Assembly (NCBI RefSeq): GCF_009834535.1
Contig: NC_045698.1
Coordinates: 9,798,001 to 9,862,000 of the forward strand
Length of the DNA stretch: 64,000 nt
DNA from: Camelus ferus
Lineage: Eukaryota
Direction: 5' to 3'
Shown: positions 38,791 to 51,078 of the stretch, one piece after another
Numbering within the stretch: the first letter of the stretch is position 1
Layout: the number at the start of each line of letters is the position of its first letter
Notes under the pieces: model-generated
What the model was told of the DNA's origin: nothing
Seen by the model: only the letters and a program-made list of their open reading frames with translations
Database searches by the model: none
Made by a program: the position numbers and the translations under genes

Positions 38791-40646
38791 TATTCAATAT
38801 TTAAAGCTCCACTCCTGTAACATTCCGTTTATATGAACTGATATTTACTGGTTTTCACAGAGTTTCCAAGAAGAAGTCTCAGTAGAATGAAACTGAATAG
38901 AATCTAAATTGTTACTCTTGCAATTAATATTTAAGTTTATTCACTTCCAGAAGTCACTTGGCCCTTCTGTAGGAATTGTAAGATGACAGAGAACCGCCCC
39001 CTCACTGTCTCCATGACTAACTAGCATAGGAGAGGTTCTGACTGGGTTTAAGGTGTGTCCTTAACCTCTCTTTACTTGGGAAGTGGGAGATTGTAAGTGA
39101 AGTCCCTCCAGGAATAAGTGAAGTTAGAGGCCTTGGCCTGTGTTTCCTAATACACTGAGCAGAATTTCCCAATGATAACCTGCACTAGCGTTGCCCTCTG
39201 CTTATCCCTACGCAGGGAACGTGTAGCATCCATGTAAGTACGTTTATTTTTCTGACTGCCAATAGGAGGGACCTGACAAACTGAACGTTCCCAGATGCTG
39301 GATGCTCCCAAGAACACAGGAAGGCACGCCCTGGACAGGCTTCTCAGAAAAGAAGCATACTTCCAGCCACGAGTAGAAGATTCCCCTCCTGATGGTGCTC
39401 TCTCCACTTCCCACGATAAAAGCTAGGTTGTCCTGGGACTGGGCGGAGCCTGAAACATACTGAACACAGGGGAGGAGGTATCTTTGTCCTTACATAAGAC
39501 TTGTCAGAACATCCATTATTTTGTACTGATTTCAGCTCATTTTACTTAAAGTTACTTCTACAAAGTAAATACTCCCCACTGTGAATTCTGCATAATTCCT
39601 TTAAAGACACTTATATAAGCTTGCCCGGAAAAATTTGCAAAGGATGCCCATCCTTTTCATTGCATGTGGTGGTTATAATTCAGTCAATATCAGAATGTGC
39701 AATTGTGAGCTAGGCTGGAGTCTTCAATGGTCCCAAAATCCATCATGTCAGACAGCATGACATCAGTTATTTGCTCTAAAAATCTCTGAGCCAAGTGAGT
39801 CTCCTCTCTTTTGAGTTGCTCTAGGACCCCAAGGGCCTCCACAACTGAATACACGGCCCTGCTACGGTAACCATGAGAAAATAAAATGGGACCTGTAACT
39901 CTAGCCCTAAATTCTTTCTATTCTTGATTATTTTTAGCATGACTATTAAGTTCCAAGGGTTTAGAAGTGTAAATGGACTTTAATTGATGGTTGAGAGAGT
40001 GGACTCATACAAAAGCAAAATAATCATCTAAGCCATAAGGTGTGATTTTTGAGGCATCAGGGTTTCATTTTCAAAACACGTACTTGCCTCTCCAGCTGCT
40101 AAAGACTGAGTGTCACTGAATGGTGGAAGGATGTGGACACATGTGAAGCTTAGAAATGTAACAATTTAAAGGGCAACACTGACATATTCTCAAATTACAT
40201 TAAATATCCAATGATACTCAATTCCTTTCCTGAGGGACAAAGGAGGATCTCCCTACAGTCAAGATCAGCCACCAGCAACTGTGTGTCAACCTGCCTCCTT
40301 CCCTGGATTCCCCAGCAGGAGATCTTAGACATTATTGGTGGATCCTATGCTACAGTTTTCTATGTTTCTTTTTTTCAAGTTGACAGTGGGGGAAAAAAAT
40401 TGTCCAGCAGCCTCACAATGGACTTAGGATCTTTGTAGGGAGTTTATGCTTAAGGCTCATGCAATTCCGACTGGAGGAGAATCACAGAGGAGAAACATCC
40501 TGTGCCTGGCTTATCACCAGCTCTCCCTGTGGACTTGGGTGTAACAGCAGAAGCTGAAGGCCCCGGTGCTGAATGAAAAGAGAAGCCCAGGTGACCTAGA
40601 GACCCCTGGCCGGCACACATCAAGCAGCTCCCCCAAGGAGGCTTAC

Positions 40647-40826
40647 CTTCAGAGGCAACACCTCTCTGTTTACAGAAAAGAAGGAAGCCATGGCCTTGGT
40701 CCAGGAACAAAGACCTGCGACGTTCCCACACACACGTTTAGCTGTCTCGATGTTGTAGTCTGCCATTTCAAAGTAGGGATTCAGAAATTCTATCACTTCT
40801 TCATTGATCGTGTCTTTTGGGAATTG
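40647..40826 (-). CDS. DNAH5: DNAH5 exon ~60 (180 nt), MTBD/CC2: [10 protein letters not shown]...GLCSWTKAM...EVLPLK
   Basis: Translated by hand. Acceptor catag|, donor |gtaagc. Confidence 0.94.
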
Positions 40827-42029
40827 CTATGGAAAAATGGAGTAAAACAAAGTCAGAATACTTCTTGCCATATGCTCACAATGCCATTGAAACCATTAAA
40901 AAATAAGAATGAATGAATGACATCTTATTTTGTCAATATTTCAAAATATTAGACAAAAGTCATATATATTTCGACACATATAAACATACATACATTTAGC
41001 ATTATGTATAAAGCAAATATATAAAGCATATATATTTAGCATCAACCAAATGCTTGCTTAATACATGCAGACAGAGGTTCTAGTAAACTTACCTAAAATG
41101 TGAGGATTATAAAATAAGTTGGACATGAGGCCTTGAGGGTGATGAATTCATTTTTAATCATAGAACTATCAAGATTATGAGAGAACTGTTCTCTTCTGGA
41201 GGGATAACATTTTCAAATGCTTGAAATAAATTCAAAATGATAGTTTTTCTCTCCTGTGAATTTTCACTATTGAAATTATTAAAGGAACACTAAACTTTCA
41301 AAAAATAATAAAAAATAAAAATAGTAGCAGAAACAGATTAAGAATACCTTCCAGCATCAAAAGAGAAGACTGACCAAACAATAAAATTGGACCTTTTAAA
41401 AGTGGTGTTTGATCATCTAAATGAGGGTGATTAAATGTTTTCCAAGTAGAAAGAAGTTTAGCACCTAAATAATTCAGAGAAAAAAGCCTTCACTACATAC
41501 ATAGAGTGAAATATACTCTCGTTCAGTTCTCATTTAATGCAAGTTTCTCTTATGAGATTTAAAAAATAGTGAAGCCAGAAAAATACCTGGGAGCATAGAA
41601 GGGTGGTGGTGACAAAAGGCAACTAGCAAGGTAGCTCCTAAGAGCAGTGGCTCTGTACCAGGTATATATAAGGCAAGTACAATTCCACTGTCACATTTTT
41701 CAGTGAACACTTTTTGAGCCACCCCCCCCACCCTGATCCTGCCGTCACCACTGACACTCCACACTCTCACAATCAGATGAATCACCACCTCTTCTCCACT
41801 CAGATAGCATTATTCCTTCATGGTGGCACCTGTGTCCTGGAGTCTCATATTTTAGTTATCTGAGACAAATCTGTATGGCCTACTGGTTTCATAAACTTCT
41901 TGTTGTAGCTGCTCTAAGGGGCTTCACAAGATGCTCTGGCCATAGCATCCACATGGGCAATGGTGAATTTAAAACTGAATGACAGATAGCGCTAGGAAGT
42001 TGGGTGGGTGTTGCCAATTCATTGTCTCA

Positions 42030-43550
42030 AGATCCAAATATGAAAGCTAAAACAATAAAATTTCTAGAAGAAAACACAGAAGCATTTATTCTGCCTTAGA
42101 GATGGGCAAAGATTTCCTAAACAGAACACAGAAGGCACTATTAAGGAATATAGTGATAAACTGGACCATACTAAACTCAAGAACATTTGCTTATCAAAAG
42201 ACATTATTAATGGAATGAACAACTAAAGCAAAAAGAGGGAGAAAATATTTGCAAACATATAAATGACAAATTACTCATTTTTATATATAAAGAAATTCTA
42301 CAAAGTAATAAATAATTTAAATGGACAAGAGACCTGGACAGGCACTCAACAAAAGAATTCCCAAGGGGCTCATAAGCTGATGAAAAGATTCTCAACATCA
42401 TTAGTTATTAGGAAAATGCAAACTAAGCCCACAGTAATGAGACACTACTACAAACCCCTCAGAAGAGCTAAAAGTAGAAAATGGTCAAGATGTGGAGCAA
42501 CTTATACACTGTCGGTGGGTGTGGAAACCGATACGACAACTTGTGAAAACTCTCTGGCACTATCTACTCAGGCTCATTAAATGTATAACCTAAGACCCAG
42601 ATATTCCACTCCTGAGTACAGAGCCAATAGAAATGCAAATATGCCCACTAAATGACCAGTATTCACCGTAGCTTTATTTCTAATAGCCCCAAACTAGTAA
42701 CAACTCAAAAATCCATCAACAGTACAATGCACAAACACATTAAAGCAAATTACAGCAGTTCACACTGGTGCTGACTCATATAAGCTCATGAGAAATGATT
42801 GTTCAATTTTCTGAAACTTCGCAAACTGGTTGCTAAACACAGCCATTATTAACAATTAAATTACATAAACTTACAATTAAATAAGCGTTATTTTAAACAA
42901 AAATAATGTACAGGAAAATTTGCCACTTTCTAATTACTGCATTTTACTATCTACGTTTTTGAGATCATTTACATTTATATGGCAGAAATATCTTATAACA
43001 GCATCCTACTACGTACCACTTCTCAATTCTACATTCGGCAACAGCATTCTAGTAGTCTGAAATCAGCCACTGTGGGGATATTTATACCATGAAAATTGGC
43101 AAACACTCCAAGTCAGAGCTTTTTCTTTTTTCTCCCCAGAGAACTAGTTGCTAAATAGCTGTCACATACTACTGCATTACTCATAGATTGAAAAGCTATA
43201 TAGCAATGAAAAAAGAATGAACTACTGTCCTGTGCAACAATAAGAAGGAATCTCACAGACATGCTGAATAAAAGAGGTCAAAACAAAAGATTTTTATGAC
43301 ATGATGTCTTATATGTAAATTTCAAAACAGGCAAAACTAATTTTCAGGATAAAGGTCAGAATAATGGTTATTTTAGGGGAGATTATGTGTTGGGATACTA
43401 GAGATTTCTGGGGTCTGGAAGTGCAAATCTTGATGTCAGTGTTCATTAATAGGTTCATTAATGAATATGTAAATATTCATTCATCTCTACACTTAAAATT
43501 TGTGCATTTTATCATATGTAAATTATATCTCATAAAATTTAAAAGATGCA
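42030..43550 (+). mobile_element. Old L1M (ORF2 end and 3'UTR) with a nested MER63
   Basis: Degenerate ORF2 (MKRFSTSLVIRKMQTK) and an L1M-like 3' end (ctacacttaaaatttgtgcattttatcatatgtaaattatatctca). Confidence 0.8.
42753..43174. mobile_element. MER63B-like hAT-Blackjack element nested in L1M
   Basis: taaacacagccattattaacaattaaattacataaacttacaattaaata...gaaatcagcca...aaattggcaaacac matches the recalled MER63 consensus. Confidence 0.7.
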
Positions 43551-43789
43551 AATCAATACTCAAAAATTTACTATTGAGACTTGCAAAATATAAATATACG
43601 CATGTATTTGTACATACAATATACGCACACATTTTGGTTCCTTAATTTTTTTAACTTTTACTAAAATATGTCACTGATGATGCTTTAATACACCTAAAAT
43701 CTGTCAGGAAAAACTCTAATGCTTACAAGACCTCATATTTAAAGGAGAAAATTCTACTCTGAAAAAATACATACATGTTTAAAATATGT

Positions 43790-44350
43790 ACAGAGAATAT
43801 TACTCAGGCTTAAAAAAGAAGGAAATTCTGCCACTTATGACAACATGGATGGACCTGGAGGCTATTATGCTATGTGAAATAAGTCAGACAGAGAAAGACA
43901 AATACTGCATGATCTCACTTATATGTGGAATCTAAAATACTCAAACTCATAGAAACAGAGAGTAGAATGGGGGTAGCCTGGGATGAGGGGGAGGAGAAGG
44001 AAAGGGGAAGACATTGGTCAGGAGTACAAAGTATCAGTTATGCAAGATGAACAAATAATGGGGACCTAATATACAGCAATGTGAGTATAATTAACAATAT
44101 TGTATTGCATACTTGAAATTAGCTAGGAGGGTAGACCTTAAGTGTTCTCACCACAAAAAGGAAAAACAAAGAAAAAATGGTAACCATGTGAGGTGATAGA
44201 CATTTAACTGGCTGTTCATTGGATTTAATGGATGGATTGTAGTGATTATTTCACAGTGCAAACATATATCAAAACATCAAGTTGTATACCTTAAATATAT
44301 ACAATTTTTATTTATCAATTATACCCCAGTAAAGATGAAAAAACTTAATA
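43790..44350 (+). mobile_element. L1 3' end (L1MA/MB-like)
   Basis: gaaggaaattctgcca...gaaataagtcagacagagaaagacaaatactgcatg...aaatatatacaatttttat. Confidence 0.85.
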
Positions 44351-44464
44351 AGTAAAAATACGCATGTAGGGTAAATTATTTTTAGAAGCATATTCAATTA
44401 AAGGACCCAGATACTCTTATGAAATCTGAGTCCCCTCTTAGCCCATCATTACTAAACTACCAAC

Positions 44465-44668
44465 CTGTAAATTCTGTAGAAAGTTTCCTGCCGTCATCAG
44501 TTTTAAAGATTCCTGCCAGGAAGGAATTGTACAGCTTTTTTCAAGATCAATTTTCACAGCATTGACTTTCCTTTGAAACAGCAGCAACACACAATCCATG
44601 ATCCTCATGATGAGATGAGGGGGTCGGCCCAGCGTGCGGACAGTGGCGATGTCTGAAGGCTTGATGGT
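44465..44668 (-). CDS. DNAH5: DNAH5 exon ~59 (204 nt), microtubule-binding domain: [27 protein letters not shown]...NFLQNLQ
   Basis: Translated by hand, open frame. Acceptor cccag|, donor |gttggt. Confidence 0.94.
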
Positions 44669-44731
44669 CTGGGGGAGGAGAAAAGGTTATCATTCAATCT
44701 CAGACAAGAAACTGCAGACAAAAGAAACTTT

Positions 44732-44882
44732 GGAGTTGGTTTCTAATCGCATAGTGCTGTGGTCGGAAAAGATGCTTGATACAATTTCATTTTTCTTAAA
44801 TTTACTGAGGCTTTGTATAATTGAATCACTTTGCTATACACCTGAAACTAACACAGCATTGCAAATCAATTATACTTCAACA
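44732..44882. mobile_element. Mini chimeric L1: minus-strand endonuclease fragment fused to a plus-strand 3' terminus
   Basis: Minus 44732-44813 translates SLSKFKKNEIVSSIFSDHSTMRLETN; plus 44814-44880 is the L1 terminal sequence. Confidence 0.8.
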
Positions 44883-46589
44883 GAGGAAAGCAAGCATCTT
44901 TAAGTTTGGTGCAGTCATGGGGGCTAGATGTATATTTAATCCCAAAGAAACACATGCCCCACCAAAGTTCAGATTTTTACAGTTCCAGCTGACAGCGAGA
45001 GGAGAGACAGTGAGAGACATGTTGGTGAGAAGATAAGGAGCTGTGTCTTCTCTAAAATTGTACAGACCACTTAGTGTCAGAAAAAAGCTGTCACCTGAAA
45101 GGAAAAGAATCTTCAGCACTTAAGTAGATTCCAGGGATTCCAAGTCAGGAAAACTCCAGGATTTGCAGTGCTTTTTCACTCATTAGATACGTGGGTCGAG
45201 AATCTGCCTCTTTCTCTCTCAAGACCTGTCACCGCGGACTGACACTAGTGAGTAGCCTAGAGGCTGCCAGATTGAATAATTAGAGGTTTCTTAGTGGGGA
45301 ATCGACCTTTAAATGATGGATCTTGAGCCACAGGAATTTCACTAAGCTCTTAGAAGAGTTCTGTTCCATTTCTAGTACAGAGATTCTTACAGAGTAAATT
45401 ATCTAATAGTTACCTAGACCCACTGTGGTTGATAATAACTGTTCTATCGCTTACACTCTTTATGGAATTGGAAAAATATTAAAAAGAAGCATCTGCAAAT
45501 GTCCTGTTTCTAAGACATCGTGCACACGCATCCCTTCTAGGTCTTGAAAACCTTCCATCTTATTTGCATTTACATTCCTCCTGCCAAAGGAAGGTACCCA
45601 ACAACCTTCTCATCAAAGGTAATGACCTTTTCTCTGAGGACTGGAAAAAAAAAAAAAAAAAGAGGGAAAATCACAGAACGTGGTAATTAGGAATATAAGT
45701 ACATACACTTGCCTTTGTGAAATCCAGACAGCTGGACGTGAAGGAGAATTTGTGCTAAAGAACTGGAAATGGCAGACAGATCTTTATTTGAGATGAGAAA
45801 TATCGTTGCCGACAGAGAAGCAGGGTCAAAGTGAAGTGATATAAAAGAGCTGGACATGCTTATTTCACTTCAGTTTTAAAAGGGGGAGTTTTCAAACAGA
45901 ATTGGGCTCAATTAAGTTAGGTAGCCACGAAAAAGGAGATGAGGGGAGGAATATATATGAAATTCAACCTATTTCAACTAAGTATTAGATTCCTATTTTT
46001 CCTTCAGGCAAAGCAGTATGACTATTATATATATATATTTTTGTGTCTAGTCAGATTAGCATTAAGATAGGAAGAGACATTCTTTGCTGTTATCTTATTT
46101 GTTGTTTAGATTTATGTAGCCTGATGCCAAAATGTTAGAGTTTAGATGCACCTGGAAATTTCCTCAGTATAAATTGGAAGTAGCAGATTTCAAAAGCTCA
46201 CAAAGAGGCAGTAAAATGGAGACAGAACATGAAGGAAATTATTGAAAACCTCCCTCACATGCCCCATCATCGTATTCCTGTTTCCACACATTTCTGCATT
46301 GATGATTACATAATGCTGAATATTTTAGTGGTAGAGAGTGCAAAATTAAGAGGATACCGGAAAATGTTTCATAATGTCAAGATAGATGCCAAGCTTTTCA
46401 AATCTTGGTAAAATGTAGGCCTTTAAGACCTGAGATGCCATGTGCTCTATTCCTATGATGTTGTTAGGTGACATGTGTCCAATAAAGGTGTAGAAGTTTC
46501 TTTACACTGTCACTGTTTTCTCTGTTGATCAGAGACTTTCTGCTGATCAGAGACTCTCTGTGAAGCCAGTGTCTTAAAAGGGGCAGGGG

Positions 46590-47262
46590 AGGATAAGGAT
46601 CAGGATCTTGAAGAGATACCTGCACCGCCATGTTCCCTGCAGCATTACTCACAGTGGCCAAGATAGGGAAGCAACCTAAAAGTCCACTGATAGACGAATG
46701 GATAAAGAAAATGTGATGTCTACATACAATAGAATATCATTCAGCCTCAAAAAATGGAAATTGCAATTTGCAACAACATGGTGGATCCGCCATGATGCTA
46801 AATGAAATAAGTCAGACAAATAAAGACAAATATTGCATGATCTCATTTATATATGGAATCTAAAATAGACTCATAGACACAGGGAGGAGAGTGGTGGTTG
46901 CCAGGGGCTAGGGGGAACGAGGAAGTGGGGAGGTGATGGTCAAAGGGCACAAAGTTTTAGTTATGCAAGATAAATAAATTCTAAAGATCTACTATACAGC
47001 ATAGTGCCTATAGTTAACAATACTTCATTGTATAATTAAAATTTGTTAAGAAGGTAGAGCTTGTGTTAAGTGTTCTTACCACAGAAAAAAATAGTAATAA
47101 TAATAACAATAAAAGGAGAAGGAGGAAACTTTGGGAGGTGATGGACATATCTATGGCCTTCATAGGTGAACACTTATCACCAAACTCACCAAGTTATATA
47201 TATTAAATATGTCCAGCTTTTCATATGTCAATCATACCTTCATAAATTGGTTTTTAAAAAGT
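46590..47262 (+). mobile_element. L1 3' end (L1MA-like)
   Basis: atgttccctgcagcattactcacagtggccaag...gaatggataaagaaaatgtg, followed by 3'UTR. Confidence 0.85.
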
Positions 47263-47614
47263 GGTGGGGGTAGAAATGAGGTACCCACCAATCTGAGAGA
47301 CTAAAGACCCTGGAGGACTTCTAGGATTAAAGAGGACAGCTTAGCCAGTGCAAGGAGGAATGGAGAAACAATGAGGAAAGATATAACACATATAAGAGTA
47401 GCGTGAAAAGTTGCAGAGATAAAAGAGAAGGCAATATCTTCATTGTCTCAAAAGAGCAGAAATTCATATGTCGTATATTGACTCAGAAAGCTTCAAGACT
47501 TAACTTGGATCAAAAAGATTCAGAAGTGTTTCAGGCAGTGTGCTGAGAAAGTGGTAAAAAGATTAATAATTTAAAAACATTGGCGTGGAGGGTGCAGAGC
47601 TTCCACGCCCTCTC

Positions 47615-47998
47615 CGGCAGTGTATGAGAGCGTCTATTTCCCTGTAGCTTTCCCATGAAGTATGGTGTCAAATTTCGAATTTTTGCCAATCTGATAGGTG
47701 AAATACAGGATATAAGTATAGTTTCTAAAAACTATTTGTTGAAGTACAATATACATACAGAAATGCACACACCACGAGTATACAGCTCACAGAATTTTCA
47801 CAGTGAACGCATTTGTACAGTCAACACCCAGATCAAAACCAGAAGGTTAGCTGCACTCCCGACCCCTCCACGTTCCCTTCCAATCGCTGTCTACCTCGCT
47901 GCGCCCATTACCCTGACTTCTAATAACAGAGATTAGTTTAACCTCTTTTCATCCGTTTCATAAATGGAATCATATAATCTGTTTCTCATTGGGTTGGT
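47615..47998 (-). mobile_element. Old L1M fragments
   Basis: ttgaagtacaatatacatacagaaatgcaca...aaatggaatcatata resembles a reverse L1M 3' end. Confidence 0.6.
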
Positions 47999-48001
47999 TC
48001 C

Positions 48002-48120
48002 TTTGTGGGGGTGGGTAATTAGGTTTATTTGTTTATTTAATTTTAACAGAGGTACTGGGGATTGAACTCAGAACCTCATACATGCTAAGCACGCACTCTA
48101 CCACGGAGCTGTACCCTCCT
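48002..48120 (-). mobile_element. Vic-1-type tRNA-derived SINE (camelid-specific)
   Basis: Minus strand GGAGGGTACAGCTCCGTGGTAGAGTGCGTGCTTAGCATGTATGAGGTTCTGAGTTCAATCCCCAGTACCTC...AAATAAACCTAATTACC, with A and B boxes and the Vic-1-style tail. Confidence 0.85.
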
Positions 48121-48149
48121 GACCCCCATTTATTATGATTAGCAGCAAT

Positions 48150-48298
48150 CTTTTACCAAGATGCATGCCTAACTACATATATTTCCCAGTCAAAAAATCC
48201 ATAAATACTGGCTCCTCCCCAGTTCCTCAGAGCTATTAAGAGACTGTCTTCTGGGCTATAGTTCTCAGTAAGGTCCCCAAATAAACTAAAACTCACCA
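48150..48298 (+). mobile_element. ERV1 LTR 3' fragment (MER34/MER4-group-like)
   Basis: cagttcctcagagcta...gactgtcttctgggctatagttctcagtaaggtccccaaataaac. Confidence 0.55.
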
Positions 48299-48729
48299 AA
48301 ATTTATTATTATTATTGTCATTGTTGTTGTTATTATTATTAATTTCATTATCAAGTAATGATGCGTGTTCAATGACAATTGTATAACTTGAATTGGCAGT
48401 GGACAGATCAGCAGCGTTCCATTTCTCCAGCCACTTTCTAGGCCAAGAACCAATAACAAGGCAGGTGGAGGAGTAAGACTAAAGTAAAAGCATCTTAACT
48501 TGAGTCCAAAAAAATCTCAAACTGGGTCCTCAAAGAAGGACCAGCCCTTTAAGGTGCAGCCCATCTCATATTTTCTCAGAATGCAACCTCCCTTCTAATT
48601 TCATCATTTCTGCTATTGCCACACAACCACATTGGATAACGGTGTCGGAAGCCTGGTCCAACTCTGATGTTCATGAGCTACATTAGATCAGTAGTCCTCT
48701 ACTTGGGATAATTCATAGAAATACTCAGA

Positions 48730-48885
48730 GAATATTGTATCTTACAGACTTAATCCAATGTCCTCAATGAATGAGTGAAAAAAATGTTATTTTAGAAATT
48801 TTGTGTGACTTTCCCAATGTCACAGAGCTTACTGGTGACAGAGTTAAACTGAGAACCCAGGACACTGAACCACCATTCCTCTGAC
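48730..48885 (-). mobile_element. MIR SINE
   Basis: gtgactttcccaatgtcacagagct...gacagagtt....gagaacccagg. Confidence 0.6.
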
Positions 48886-49115
48886 ACTGCTCACTACTCA
48901 TGAGTGAGGAAGATGAGATGTGAAGCATTAAGTGCAATATTCAAAAAAAATAAAAAAGCAAACATCTCCAAGCAGAACATGTGACTGAAATCACTCCAGG
49001 GGAGAGAGCTCTGGTCTGAAGTGCTGGAACACTTCCTGGATGTGACTAACCATTTCTGCCTTAGTCCCCCTCCCAGGCCCTGAAAGCTGGCATCTGTTAC
49101 ACCACACAGATGTAC

Positions 49116-49292
49116 CTGTAAGGCTGCCTCTGCTTCTTCTAACGCTGGTTTGGCTGCTTCCAGCTTTTCCTCAGCAATGGCTTTATCTTTAGAGATGCTG
49201 TCGACAATGGCCTGGGCCTTGTCCTTCACCTTCTGTACCTCGGCCTTGACCTTTTCGGCAGCCTGTGCTTTCATCATCACTTCTTTTAAGAC
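49116..49292 (-). CDS. DNAH5: DNAH5 exon ~58 (177 nt), stalk CC1: [16 protein letters not shown]...[13 protein letters not shown]
   Basis: Acceptor attag|, donor |gtacat. Confidence 0.95.
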
Positions 49293-49550
49293 CTAATTCA
49301 ACACAAAACAAACAAACAAGAAAACCTCCTCAAAAATCACCAAAGACCCAGTTTGGACATGCACATTTTGCTCGAGTTGTTGATTTTGTCCACTTACACG
49401 ATGTTTCATACATAGAGTTAAGAAAATTGCATTCTGATGGAAATAAAAAACATATACTTCCATGGTTCTGAGTGAAGGAGCACACAGCATTAACATGTAT
49501 GAACTGGGAATTCAAAAGAAAATGTGGTCCACACGTGAACGCCCACCCAC

Positions 49551-49665
49551 CGTGTCGGCTTTATCATTGGCCACTTGGAGCTCCTTTTCTTTCACTGCCA
49601 GTTCTCTGCTCAGGGCTGCAACAGACTCAGAGGCTTCTTTTAGCTTTTCCAATCCGGTATTCATT
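49551..49665 (-). CDS. DNAH5: DNAH5 exon ~57 (115 nt), stalk CC1: [19 protein letters not shown]...KADT
   Basis: Translated by hand (absent from the ORF track). Acceptor atcag|, donor |gtgggt; GLEKL stalk motif. Confidence 0.93.
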
Positions 49666-50584
49666 CTGATGGAAAATCCAAGCAGGCAGTGTTAAAATGT
49701 GTGGTTCTTGGCCACATTTTCCGGGTCCCGGTCTACTGATACAGACAGTAATGGTCATATTTGAAGACTGATGCACCTACAATAGCAAACCCAAGAAGGC
49801 TTGGCAAAAAACGGTAAACCTCCAGGCTTGATTCCCGACTGAAGACACTTGTATGTTTGCATAGACCGGGCGTGGAAAGAGTGAATCTGCTAAGGACGCT
49901 GCATGCCATAAGGAACAATGGTGTCCAGATTCTATTTCACGCAGGAGACATGCTGAATGACCTTTTAGCTATTATGACAATAGACTGCAAATGCTTGAAG
50001 CCCTATCACGGAGCGAAGGAAATAAATAACTTCTGTTTTTTTTAAAGACACCAATGAAGTTAAAAGAAGAAAGACTTGGTATCAAGAAAAAAAAAATTTA
50101 AAGCCATCAGAACAGCCTCCTGAAGGGACCAGCTGCCTGCCTGACCCTGAAATAATGTGATCTTAAAGACTGGAGCCCTTGGAGGCATTTAGTTCAGTCA
50201 CCCACCCAGAGGTCCCTTCCATAACCACCCTGGCTGATTCTGGCCATCTTCAGGCAGAAGATACAAGTGTTCAGAAAAGAGCTGGGCAGAGCAGAGAAAT
50301 GTGGAACAAATTTCAGTGAAGTAGGATATTTACTATGCACAGAACATAAGCGTCAAGCAACCTCTTCTATCCCAGACACTCAGAAAGGGTGGGACCAGAG
50401 AGATGAGAGGACAGAGGGAGAGGATGTCTGTATTCTCAGCTTCCTTCTCAGCCCACTATTTCTATCATTGTCACTCAAAATTATAGAAAGTGTTGGGCCA
50501 CATGAAAACTCAGCAACACTTAATCCTGTTGGGTGAGAATAAAGCCCCTCGCAACTATGGAATAATCCTTTGAACGCACTTGAG

Positions 50585-50810
50585 AATGTTTCTTAACCTC
50601 AGCACTATCGGTATCTGCAGCTGGATGGCTCTTCGTGATGGAAGGACTGTGCTGTGCACTGTCAGGATGTTTAGCAGCATCCCTGACCTCTAACTCTTGT
50701 GATGCCGGTAGACCCCTTAGCCCCTCAACCCTAATTATAGCAAACAAAAGTGTCTCCAGTCATTGCAAAATGTCCACTAGAGCAAATGTGCCCCTAGTTG
50801 AGAATCACTG
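50585..50810 (-). mobile_element. MER20 (hAT-Charlie)
   Basis: tttcttaacctcagcactat...ggatgtttagcagcatccctg...gttgagaatcactg is the reverse of MER20. Confidence 0.85.
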
Positions 50811-50846
50811 CTTTAAAATAACTTTATATTTGATCTTCATCCCTAC

Positions 50847-51078
50847 CTGTTGGCCAGAGTTTGCACTTCCACAAGCTTTTCTCCATAAATGAACTTATAG
50901 CCCCGAATAAAGGAGAGGTATGATTTGGGCGTCACATGGGTAGAACGTCGGAATCTTTGGAAATAATCAACACATTTCTCAGCCACCCCATCCTGGAAGG
51001 AGCCCATGCACTGGACCACTTCCTTCTTGGTTTCCAAACTGCAGTCAATATCATAGGAAGAGAGGAAGTGTTCAGACA
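50847..51078 (-). CDS. DNAH5: DNAH5 exon ~56 (232 nt): [12 protein letters not shown]...[11 protein letters not shown]...LANR
   Basis: Acceptor tccag|, donor |gtaggg; VTPKSYL motif. Confidence 0.95.

Noticed and set aside
48002..48120. Functional tRNA gene
   Set aside because: The acceptor stem is degenerate and a SINE-type tail is present, so it is a tRNA-derived SINE.
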